A DNA stretch of 29,660 nucleotides from a virus (lineage: Duplodnaviria; Caudoviricetes): IMG/VR virus record IMGVR_UViG_3300012942_000106, positions 1-29,660 of that record. One strand, given 5' to 3'. The number at the start of each line of letters is the position of its first letter. Positions within the stretch are counted from its first letter, which is position 1. Both the position numbers and the translations under genes were made by a program. A model generated the notes under the pieces. It was not told the origin of the DNA. It did not search any database and saw only the letters and a list, made by a program, of their open reading frames with translations. This document shows, in pieces, positions 16,873 through 24,785 of this stretch.

Positions 16873-17821
16873 TTGGAAGTAATTTTTTAATAAGGTGTTT
16901 AGAATCACAATGTTTTGCCCAACCATGATAGGCGGCAATAGTTGCTGGATTTTGGGTTTTTGATACTTTCCTAGCAAAACTCTTTTTGATTGATTTACGC
17001 AATAGTGTATGCGTATGAAAGTGCTTATATCCAACGAAATCAATACCTCTTTTCTCAACTGGAAATACTTGATAGTTCTCTTTTACTTGAAGCTTCAATT
17101 CATTGTTTAAATAGGATTTAATCGCTGATAAAACACCGTGTAAATAAGGTTTTGAATCTGATAGTATCACCATATCATCAGCGTATCTGAAATAATACTT
17201 AACTCTTAATGTTTCTTTGAGCCAATGGTCAAAATAAGTAAGGTAAAAGTTAGAGAAATACTGACTTAAGTAGTTTCCGATTGGGAGTCCAGGAGCTGAA
17301 GTAATTATCTCATCTAATAACCAAATTAGATCAGCATCTTTTAATTTTCTGCGAAGCAATGCTTTTAAAATGTCATGATCAACACTTGGATAGAACTTCT
17401 TTATATCCAACTTCAAACAATACTTTGTGCCAGGAACATCTTGCAATGCTCTTCTCAATTTAAACGAGGATTTGTGTATGCCTCTTCCCTTTATACAGGA
17501 ATATGTATCAGCTGTAAATGTGGATACAAAAACAGGCTCAAGCACATTCATAATTGCATGATGCGTAATTCTATCAGGAAAATAAGGAAGGCAATATACT
17601 AATCGTTCTTTCGGTTCAAAAACACTAAAATTAGTGTATTCGGATGTCCTATAAACTCTATCTTTTAATTCAATTCTCAATGACTCGACATTCGATTCTT
17701 TGTTACGATCATGAGCTATAACTCCATATTGCCTCGTTTTTCCTCTTCTTGCTATTTTATCTGCAAGCTCCAAGTTTTCAAGACTAATAATTTGACTATA
17801 TAAGTTATTTATTCTCTTCAT
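16859..17821 (-). CDS. DGR reverse transcriptase
   Basis: 320 aa. PDRITHHA, LKLDIKKFYPSVDH, GLPIGNYLSQ (DGR-type SQ), YFRYADD, GIDFVGY. No maturase or endonuclease extension. Adjacent TR. Confidence 0.96.
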   Translation of the reverse strand: MKRINNLYSQIISLENLELADKIARRGKTRQYGVIAHDRNKESNVESLRIELKDRVYRTSEYTNFSVFEPKERLVYCLPYFPDRITHHAIMNVLEPVFVSTFTADTYSCIKGRGIHKSSFKLRRALQDVPGTKYCLKLDIKKFYPSVDHDILKALLRRKLKDADLIWLLDEIITSAPGLPIGNYLSQYFSNFYLTYFDHWLKETLRVKYYFRYADDMVILSDSKPYLHGVLSAIKSYLNNELKLQVKENYQVFPVEKRGIDFVGYKHFHTHTLLRKSIKKSFARKVSKTQNPATIAAYHGWAKHCDSKHLIKKLLPNEKL

Positions 17822-18032
17822 TTCCTTTGTTATATGGTCGCCTTCTCCGAAGATACCAGCGACCGTTTTTAACTGTATTTTTTTGCTATGTTAGCAAGGT
17901 CTGTGATGTATTTATTACAATGGCGTGGACTGATAACCGAGTTCGTATTCGTGTTCGTGTAATTCGAATCGTTGAACTGAAAGCCTGAACAACGAACATA
18001 CAGCTACAGCCACATCACACAACCTTATTCTC
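17822..18032 (-). ncRNA. DGR template RNA region (TR plus structured flanks)
   Basis: 211-bp non-coding gap containing the TR, stems at 17836-17864 and 17883-17897, and a long-range pairing 17896-17909/18012-18026. Confidence 0.65.
17925..17989 (-). repeat. DGR template repeat (TR)
   Basis: TTCAGGCTTTCAGTTCAACGATTCGAATTACACGAACACGAATACGAACTCGGTTATCAGTCCAC. 20 adenines and five AAY codons (SGFQFNDSNYTNTNTNSVISP). Confidence 0.96.
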
Positions 18033-18419
18033 TTATTTCTGTGGTTTTAAAACATCTCTGAATATCGGAACCATCAACTTTCCGAAATGGTCAGAAGCTT
18101 CTCTCGTTTCTTGACAAAGGAGTGGACCGAAAACCGAGTGCGTATTCGCGCGCGTGAAATACGAATCGCCGAACCGAAAGCCTGAAGGGTTGGCTTTGTC
18201 TGTATTCAAGTCAAACCAAGCTTCATATTTATTTTGATTTATGTTCTCATAATCAGGCTCCCAACCTTCACGAAGTGCTTCGCTAATTACTAATGCTTGA
18301 AATACTTTTTCAAGTGTTTTGCTATACTTTTCATCCACACCTGTTATTACAGGTTTTGTGTCTAAAGGCATTTTCAATTTTTCTAATGCCTGTGCTAATG
18401 TTGTTATTTCTGTTTTCAT
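18033..18419 (-). CDS. DGR target protein 1 (128 aa)
   Basis: Contains VR1 (SGFRFGDSYFTRANTHSVFGP). Paralogous to 18426..18908 (NQ.K...WFDL...ANPSGFRF...GPLL). Confidence 0.9.
   Translation of the reverse strand: MKTEITTLAQALEKLKMPLDTKPVITGVDEKYSKTLEKVFQALVISEALREGWEPDYENINQNKYEAWFDLNTDKANPSGFRFGDSYFTRANTHSVFGPLLCQETREASDHFGKLMVPIFRDVLKPQK
18122..18186 (-). repeat. Variable repeat VR1
   Basis: Ungapped 54/65 identity to the TR. All 11 mismatches fall at TR adenines (minus strand). Confidence 0.96.
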
Positions 18420-18425
18420 GCTATT

Positions 18426-18908
18426 TTATATGTTTGAGATTAATACTATTGCTTTAAATTCTGCTTCGAAAGTTTTACCCACATAGTTGGCTGTTTTTTC
18501 ATCAGGCAACCAAAGGAGTGGACCGATAACCGAGCGCGAAGCCGTGTACGTGTAATCCGAATCGATGAACCGAAAGCCCGAAGGGTTGGCAGCTGATACC
18601 TTTAAGTCAAACCATGGATACCACTTTTTTTGATTTGTATCATGAGGATCTAGTTCAACTCCATCTTGGAATAACTCATAAATTAGCCATAATTTACGCA
18701 TTGCCACTATTGCTCTATCTTCAATTGGATCAATAATATTAATCCTATAATCATTAACATCTTTTCCCATTTCTTCACAAACATCCTCAAATGTTTTAAT
18801 GCGTTCAATAAGTGGTTTTAACTTAGGCTTCAAGCTAACAGTTCCAGTTTGTTTATCGAAATTCTCAATTTCGAACCCTTCAGGGATTTCAATTTTTAGC
18901 GTGTTCAT
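18426..18908 (-). CDS. DGR target protein 2 (160 aa)
   Basis: Contains VR2 (SGFRFIDSDYTYTASRSVIGP). Has an extra N-terminal LKIEIPEGFEI segment and RIKTFEDVC, KWYPWFDL motifs. Confidence 0.9.
   Translation of the reverse strand: MNTLKIEIPEGFEIENFDKQTGTVSLKPKLKPLIERIKTFEDVCEEMGKDVNDYRINIIDPIEDRAIVAMRKLWLIYELFQDGVELDPHDTNQKKWYPWFDLKVSAANPSGFRFIDSDYTYTASRSVIGPLLWLPDEKTANYVGKTFEAEFKAIVLISNI
18518..18582 (-). repeat. Variable repeat VR2
   Basis: Ungapped 54/65 identity to the TR. All 11 mismatches fall at TR adenines. Confidence 0.96.
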
Positions 18909-19235
18909 TTGTTGTTTATTTTAATTGAATTATTTGCGGTTTTATTAAAATATTGTACATTAATCCCAAGAATACATGCAAGATCTCTCTCTGTTTGCGC
19001 CTTTACTTGTTTCCCATTTGTACAACATAAAAACTTCATCACATTCGCACATTGCTTTAATACACACTTTCATATAGCTTTCCCAAGACTTATCGTGGTC
19101 GTGATTTAACTTCATAGGATTAACAACATCATAACCTTCGTTAATGAGCTGTAATTCCGCATTATAAAAATCTTTAGCAGCATTTAAAGTTCCTGTAATT
19201 GCACCTGATATATATGCTTTTTTCATTTCTGACAT
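18905..19235 (-). pseudogene. DUF4406 (nucleoside deoxyribosyltransferase-like) gene, frameshifted near its 3' end
   Basis: AYISGAITG...VVNP...WESYMKVCI..M.ECD...WETSKGA. The expected end (DLACILGINVQY) lies in another frame after an AG run at 18984-18992. As written the ORF stops at 18960. Confidence 0.65.
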
Positions 19236-19777
19236 TATTTAGTTTTTTGTTGTGAATACCATTTTGAAGCTTCTCTTTGAGCAAACTTTTCTGCTTCCTG
19301 TCTTGCGACAGAAAAACTATTTCCTTGATGCTTGGTAGCTAAATGATCATTATAGTTTTTAGATTGAGCTTCAATTGTTATGTCATTTAAATGCTTATGC
19401 ATTGCTTTTAATAATTTTGATACATTTAATCTACCAACTATCGATTCTCTTTTCAAATCTGAACATGCTAAATAGACACCTTCCAATGTCACATTTCGAA
19501 GAATACTACTTCTTATTTCTGCAGCTACTTCCAAAATATCATTTGCATTAAGTTCGCTGTTAAATGAAAGAGAAATATCACTGATAATAACTCCTATTGC
19601 ACTGGTAAGTGATTCTTTACCATATTCACGTTCTAACGCTCCTATTGTTGGATAAGATTCGTTTACGATTTTCTTGACCGTAAGGCTTCCAAAACGTTCT
19701 ATCAATTCAATTTTTGAAGTTTTCTCTGAAATCATTTGATAAATCTGTGCCCTCTGCTTTTGCGGTAGATTTTCCAT
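19235..19777 (-). CDS. Hypothetical phage protein
   Basis: 180 aa helical ORF in the tightly packed leftward operon. Confidence 0.7.
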   Translation of the reverse strand: MENLPQKQRAQIYQMISEKTSKIELIERFGSLTVKKIVNESYPTIGALEREYGKESLTSAIGVIISDISLSFNSELNANDILEVAAEIRSSILRNVTLEGVYLACSDLKRESIVGRLNVSKLLKAMHKHLNDITIEAQSKNYNDHLATKHQGNSFSVARQEAEKFAQREASKWYSQQKTK

Positions 19778-20267
19778 GTTTAATTACTTTTAAAATGATA
19801 TTTAAATTCGAGTTTATTTGTCTTAGTTCTGTTTGCGATCTGTAGAATTCTTCTTGATCTGACCATTTAGAAAGTATGATCTGAAATACTTCAAAAGCTA
19901 GTTCTTCTGAACCTGCCAACTTTGTAAGTGCAGATATTATATACTTTAAAGCTTTACCTTCTACACCATTCATTGAGTGCTGAAGCTTAAATCTTTCGGA
20001 ATACCATTCTTCATATACCGTTAAGAATTGAGTGTACATACTTCCATTCTTAGTTGTTACTTCTTCCCAAGTAACACGTCCATCGTATTTAATACGAAGA
20101 ATCATAATCGCTTTTTCTACTTGTGGACAAACCGTTAACAAAGACTCGTGTTGACGCTGATTAATTGCACCAGAAATACATTCTAACTTCTTAAAATAAC
20201 CACCTTTATAGGTTAATTTGAATTTAGCACCTGTAGTTCCTACCAATGTTAAGATATATACACTCAT
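19707..20267 (-). CDS. Hypothetical phage protein
   Basis: 186 aa. ATGA overlap with the upstream gene, LRQINSNLNIIL C-terminal motif. Confidence 0.7.
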   Translation of the reverse strand: MSVYILTLVGTTGAKFKLTYKGGYFKKLECISGAINQRQHESLLTVCPQVEKAIMILRIKYDGRVTWEEVTTKNGSMYTQFLTVYEEWYSERFKLQHSMNGVEGKALKYIISALTKLAGSEELAFEVFQIILSKWSDQEEFYRSQTELRQINSNLNIILKVIKHGKSTAKAEGTDLSNDFRENFKN

Positions 20268-20674
20268 AACGTTTCAATAAATGATTGATATACTTTCTCT
20301 ACTTGCGAAATCAATTGAGGAAGCTCTGAATTAGTATGTTGATTTAATGACTTTTTAAACTTACCATAATTAATACACCAATTATTGATTCGATTCATAT
20401 CCGATTTACCTTCAGTAGTTCTCCAGCCTTGTTTTGCAAAAAGCGCAATTATTTTTCTACGCATTTTGTTTGCTTCTGCTTCTTCTTCTTCTTTAGGTTG
20501 TCTAAATATGATCTGATTAATCGATCTTAAAACCTCATTATATTCAAAAGGACTAAGTGCTTTTAAAGAATGTTTTCTACCTCCTGTAGCCATCTCAATG
20601 ATTTCTTTTCGAGGCAAATTGAATCCTCTCTCGTTTAACTGCTTTTCAGCTGCGAAATATGCTTTGTAATTCAT
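20264..20674 (-). CDS. GemA/Mu gp16 (DUF1018)-like protein
   Basis: SLKALSPFEY, KMRRKIIAL, RINNWC...KSLNQHT..EL..LI pattern in a Mu-like early region. Confidence 0.6.
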   Translation of the reverse strand: MNYKAYFAAEKQLNERGFNLPRKEIIEMATGGRKHSLKALSPFEYNEVLRSINQIIFRQPKEEEEAEANKMRRKIIALFAKQGWRTTEGKSDMNRINNWCINYGKFKKSLNQHTNSELPQLISQVEKVYQSFIETL

Positions 20675-20892
20675 CTCTTTATCTTTTTAATCCATTCAAC
20701 AATATTGTGAAGGTTATCAGAGAGGAAGGTTTCGTTTGAAACCTTCACTCTTGTAACACTTATTACGTGAGCTGTATCTATTATCTGTTTCACTAACTTT
20801 GTGATATTAAGAAGAGATTCTTCGTGTGTATAACAGACTTCTCTCTTTCCAAATGCAGAAAACTCGACACGTGTGCAGTGTTTTACTTTCAT
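20671..20892 (-). CDS. Hypothetical protein
   Basis: 73 aa, ATGA overlaps on both sides. Confidence 0.65.
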   Translation of the reverse strand: MKVKHCTRVEFSAFGKREVCYTHEESLLNITKLVKQIIDTAHVISVTRVKVSNETFLSDNLHNIVEWIKKIKR

Positions 20893-21131
20893 CTTATTTT
20901 TCGATAAATACGTCCAACACTTAATGAAAATCCGTTATTCATTTTAGTTCTTACATTTGATCGCGAGAAGCCATCTTCAGAAGCTTCAAATCGTCTTAAC
21001 TTCTTACCATTATAAATAATGTCTATTTCGGCTATGTAAGTGTTTTTTTTAGCTCTTCCAAGCGTACTAATATTTTTAGTACTTAAACCTGCAGGTTTCT
21101 TTTTTCGTTTAAAAAAATTGAATAGTAACAT
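20889..21131 (-). CDS. Hypothetical basic protein
   Basis: 80 aa, coupled to neighbouring genes. Confidence 0.6.
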   Translation of the reverse strand: MLLFNFFKRKKKPAGLSTKNISTLGRAKKNTYIAEIDIIYNGKKLRRFEASEDGFSRSNVRTKMNNGFSLSVGRIYRKIR

Positions 21132-21373
21132 TAGGATAGTTGTTTTGGATTAATATCTTTAAAAAATTGGGAAGAAGTACCCAGTGCGCCTACGGTTTCA
21201 ATAAATTCTACCTCTAAACGAGCGGTATCTACAATTACAGCTCCAACACTGCACATAACTTTAGCTCTATTCATTTCGATAGTTAATTGATCTGGAGTAA
21301 TATCATCATCATTAAGTCGTTCGAGTTGTCCGAATAAAAGATCTCTTAAATCTTCAATTTTGTTCTTTGCCAT
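21131..21373 (-). CDS. Conserved-looking phage protein downstream of HNH
   Basis: KNKIEDLRDLLFGQLERLNDD...RAK...IVDTARLEV pattern. Confidence 0.7.
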   Translation of the reverse strand: MAKNKIEDLRDLLFGQLERLNDDDITPDQLTIEMNRAKVMCSVGAVIVDTARLEVEFIETVGALGTSSQFFKDINPKQLS

Positions 21374-21995
21374 GATTTTTTATTTTTTTGATTAGTTTAT
21401 TTTTAATTTTAATTACTTCTTGTAGTTGTGAAGGTAAATTCGTAATTCGATTCATGTCCATTGCTTCTTGAGGAGTTAAGCACATTAAATTTTCAATTGT
21501 ATAATTAAGCGTGTTCCCATCTTTAAAGTGAATTCTATGACCTTCAGGAATTTCTCCATTAACTTCAATCCATTTTTGTCGATGTAGAAGCTCCCAATGA
21601 GAATCTGCTATTTTAATATAAGAATAGACTTTTCCTGAATTATCTTTTCTTTTTGAAATAGTGCCTACCTCTTTCGTATTAGCTGGTTTTCTGCCTTTTT
21701 TAAAGAATGTTTTAGAACAAATAGCTCTTTGGTTTTGACTCATTTTAACACCTTTATTTGCGGGCGGAATGCCTTTTTTAAAACGGGTATTAAACCCGTT
21801 TAAAGGGTGTTTTTCATACATCATCAAAATATGTTCTTTTGTTTTCTTAAGCCCAATTGAATGTGCGTGACCATTCAGTGAACTGAGTGTTCTTCCGGGA
21901 AAATAAACCAACAGATCAGCCGTTGCCGAGTTGCTGTATTTTTCTTTCAGCAACTCAGTTTCTTCTAGTGTCCATATTTTTCGAGTTCTTGACAT
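21354..21995 (-). CDS. HNH endonuclease-domain protein
   Basis: FKKG repeats, LLHRQKWIEVNGEIPEGHRIHFKDGNTLNYTIENL (HNH_3-like). Confidence 0.8.
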   Translation of the reverse strand: MSRTRKIWTLEETELLKEKYSNSATADLLVYFPGRTLSSLNGHAHSIGLKKTKEHILMMYEKHPLNGFNTRFKKGIPPANKGVKMSQNQRAICSKTFFKKGRKPANTKEVGTISKRKDNSGKVYSYIKIADSHWELLHRQKWIEVNGEIPEGHRIHFKDGNTLNYTIENLMCLTPQEAMDMNRITNLPSQLQEVIKIKNKLIKKIKNHGKEQN

Positions 21996-21996
21996 T

Positions 21997-22659
21997 TTAC
22001 AGATTAGAGAAGTTCAACGACATTGGTACAAATGCCCCGCTTTTATCTTTTTTTAAGAAGCGATAGCTGTACTTTTTGAACTCAATTTTGTAGCCTTCAA
22101 TAAGCAATTTTAACCCTTCTTTCCATTCAGGAGCATCAAAAGCATCTTGATGCTTAATAAACAGCATTACTTTACTGTATTCTAACTCACCAGCTGCGTT
22201 CTTTTCAAGCAAACTCATAAGTAGTTTCAATTTACTCTGCGTTTCTGCAGATGCGTTGTCATCTTGTTGCATCAAAAAATCACGAATAAGTGCAACGCCT
22301 TTAAGGCTAGTTTCGTCCCATCGAGGAGTAGTGTCTCGACTTCTTTCTATTTTAAAGTTACCATCGTTAGAAACTATCTGAAAACCACCTTTACTCGAAG
22401 ATTTTATCAAGCCAAATTCTTCCAACTCGGCATGTTGTTCTTCCATGATTTCTCCAACGTAGTCTTTGAACTTCTTCAAGACTTCAAAATGTTTATTCAC
22501 ACCTTTCACTATTTTTTGAATTCTTTTTTCACGATTCTTCTCATAAATAACTCGCTTCTTTTTTCGTTCAGAAAGCTTTGCTTGCTGTTCTGCAGCTAAT
22601 TCATCCATTAGCTTTTGTTTTTGTCCCTCATCGAGGTCTTTTAATTTAATTGTTTCCAT
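21997..22659 (-). CDS. DUF3164-like protein
   Basis: 220 aa, N-terminal coiled coil, WKEGLKLL..Y...YRF..KD..G...M.LNFS C-terminus, in a Mu-like early context. Confidence 0.7.
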   Translation of the reverse strand: METIKLKDLDEGQKQKLMDELAAEQQAKLSERKKKRVIYEKNREKRIQKIVKGVNKHFEVLKKFKDYVGEIMEEQHAELEEFGLIKSSSKGGFQIVSNDGNFKIERSRDTTPRWDETSLKGVALIRDFLMQQDDNASAETQSKLKLLMSLLEKNAAGELEYSKVMLFIKHQDAFDAPEWKEGLKLLIEGYKIEFKKYSYRFLKKDKSGAFVPMSLNFSNL

Positions 22660-22660
22660 A

Positions 22661-22903
22661 TTATTTATTTTGATTTGGTATTACATATTTTGTTGGCATA
22701 TAAGCGTCTTTTCCAAAATTTTCAATTCTGGACTTTTTGGTTTGAATATCTATTCTTAAGGAGTTGATCAAACTAACCTTTTCATGCCATGCTTCATCGT
22801 CAAAAGTGTGTTTTAGCTTACTATATTCTATTTGAAGTGTTATTTCTAACTCCTTTATCTCTTTCGCTAAAGAATTTTGATATTTTGTTTGATAATTTTT
22901 CAT
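22661..22903 (-). CDS. Hypothetical protein
   Basis: 80 aa, coupled in the operon. Confidence 0.6.
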   Translation of the reverse strand: MKNYQTKYQNSLAKEIKELEITLQIEYSKLKHTFDDEAWHEKVSLINSLRIDIQTKKSRIENFGKDAYMPTKYVIPNQNK

Positions 22904-23283
22904 AAACTATAGTTTCTCATTTTTAAAAAGTTATAAAAAGATAATTCTGTTGCGTCATCATGTGCCATTTGTAGCATTTCTTGATACCACATGTCATGCA
23001 TCATTTCGACATGATGATCTGACAAGAATTTAAGAAGATCCTGTTCCCAGATATGCCATTCTGCTTTCCACCATTTCCAAAACACGATGCTTCTTGATGC
23101 ATCAATGAATAGTGGTAAATAAATTTTATCATTTTCAGGATATATCTCATTTAAGAAAACTATTCCCATTTCAAAAACATTTGTGTTGTATGTCTCTTCG
23201 CTCATCGACAAAGACCTCTGTACAAAAGCTCGATTAGTAACGCCTTCTTGGCGTTGTATTTCAATGTGCGTTATTGTTTTCAT
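22900..23283 (-). CDS. Hypothetical protein
   Basis: 127 aa, FWKWWKAEW motif, ATGA overlaps. Confidence 0.7.
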   Translation of the reverse strand: MKTITHIEIQRQEGVTNRAFVQRSLSMSEETYNTNVFEMGIVFLNEIYPENDKIYLPLFIDASRSIVFWKWWKAEWHIWEQDLLKFLSDHHVEMMHDMWYQEMLQMAHDDATELSFYNFLKMRNYSL

Positions 23284-23903
23284 TTGTTCATATTTATAAA
23301 TTCGTAAGATGCGCCTCCTCCAAATCTATGTTTGGTAGGTATAGCTGTAAAATTTAAAATGTTAATGCAAGTATCTGAGTAGTAGTAAACATCGTCTCCA
23401 AGAGCTCCTTTTGGCTCGTTGTTTTTGGTTTGGGATATGAATACAAATAGCTTTTTTGGAAACCTGTCAATCAGGTCTTTAAATTCAAATCTGGTAATTC
23501 CCTGATGTGCTTCTTTATTGAATTTTAAATATTGAAGAGAATCGACAAAAATGATATCTGGAGATTTTGGTTGGTTTAATTCTCTATCAAGATCTTCAAT
23601 AGTAAACTCTATCCAAATTTTAACTTTGTTGGAAACACTTTTTAAGTTTGCTCTTCTCAAAGCCATTGCGAACGATAGCTTTCCTTTTTCTTCCAACGGA
23701 ATGTAAGCGCATTTTTTAAAGTTGCATAGGTATTTTATCAATGCTAATGCAAATGACGTTTTGCCATTACCTGAAGCTCCATAAATTAGCATTGATCCAG
23801 AACATTCAGGAGTGCCCATTAAATCTTTCCAAACGCCATCAAATTCCATTATTTTAAACTTTTTTGTTACTAACTTGTTTATTGAAATAGCTGGTAAACT
23901 CAT
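23280..23903 (-). CDS. RecA/Sms-like P-loop ATPase
   Basis: Walker A GASGNGKT, Walker B IIFVDSLQ, C-terminal KHRFGG. Confidence 0.85.
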   Translation of the reverse strand: MSLPAISINKLVTKKFKIMEFDGVWKDLMGTPECSGSMLIYGASGNGKTSFALALIKYLCNFKKCAYIPLEEKGKLSFAMALRRANLKSVSNKVKIWIEFTIEDLDRELNQPKSPDIIFVDSLQYLKFNKEAHQGITRFEFKDLIDRFPKKLFVFISQTKNNEPKGALGDDVYYYSDTCINILNFTAIPTKHRFGGGASYEFINMNK

Positions 23904-23908
23904 GCTTT

Positions 23909-24772
23909 TTAGTTTGTTTTTTGAAGTTCTGTTTTGATTCTTCTCAAAGATCCATTAGTTTTAGCATATACACGTTGAATGTCAGCTTCTGGTCTGTTAG
24001 CTTTAACTATTAATGCTACTTGTGTTTTATTGAATAGTATGCGAGCGTCCAATCCTTCATCAACTATCTTTTGATATCTATTTCCGAATCGGGAGAAAAT
24101 CTCAGTATAACCAACCTTTTTTCTATCAATATTAGATCTGATTTTTGACTTTAAACCATCGGCACCAATCAAGTACCAAGCACATGAACCTTCAGTAGCG
24201 TTCCATAATGCTTTGATTTCTAAAAATGCTGGATAATCTAAATCTCCTGCTTCATCTAATACAACCAGTGGAGCGTCTATTGATCGTAAATAATAAACAA
24301 GATCTTCATACACATCTGCATATTTACCAGTATGTGTGCATCCAAATTCTTTTGCAATTTGACGTATTAGTTTTTGTTTAGATTTGACTTGTGAGCAGTC
24401 AATGTAAATAGTATTTTTATGAGACTTTACAAAGTGTTTGGCAGCATGTGTTTTACCAATGTCAGCATCATCACAAAGAATGCCTGAAATAGATTTGTTT
24501 TTACAATCTAATAATTGGTTATTTATGTATTCAAATACTGGGGTGCTTGCAGTAATCCATTTAGATTCTTTATTGAATGAAACATCTAATCTTCTTGCTA
24601 TAGACATCCACGAAGCATCAGCTATTACTTGTTCTGTTTCTCCTTTAGAGATCCTCGATAGCTGTGCAGGATTAAGTCCTAACGTTACGGCTTGTTTTGC
24701 TGCTGAAGGATAGTTTTTTAAATCTTCCTTTAAAGCTTCAATTACTCGTTGTTTAAATTCTATTGTTACCAT
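23909..24772 (-). CDS. MuB-like AAA+ transposition ATPase with N-terminal HTH
   Basis: LGLNPAQLSRI HTH, DADIGKT Walker A variant, LVVLDEAG Walker B, FSRFG. Directly after the transposase. Confidence 0.85.
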   Translation of the reverse strand: MVTIEFKQRVIEALKEDLKNYPSAAKQAVTLGLNPAQLSRISKGETEQVIADASWMSIARRLDVSFNKESKWITASTPVFEYINNQLLDCKNKSISGILCDDADIGKTHAAKHFVKSHKNTIYIDCSQVKSKQKLIRQIAKEFGCTHTGKYADVYEDLVYYLRSIDAPLVVLDEAGDLDYPAFLEIKALWNATEGSCAWYLIGADGLKSKIRSNIDRKKVGYTEIFSRFGNRYQKIVDEGLDARILFNKTQVALIVKANRPEADIQRVYAKTNGSLRRIKTELQKTN

Positions 24773-24785
24773 GATTAAATTGTAT

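Noticed and set aside
16873-17058. N-terminal 62 aa of track ORF 16579..17058
   Set aside because: Lies entirely inside the RT in another frame. ATG 16872 at the RT end is the plausible start.
16859-17821. RT as a group II intron, retron or Abi RT
   Set aside because: It is short, has no maturase/endonuclease region and no retron VTG motif, and the adjacent TR/VR pairs show A-only mismatches, which identifies a DGR.
18093-18102. Palindrome AGAAGCTTCT 3' of VR1 as the DGR target hairpin
   Set aside because: Loopless, not GC-rich, and with no counterpart downstream of VR2.
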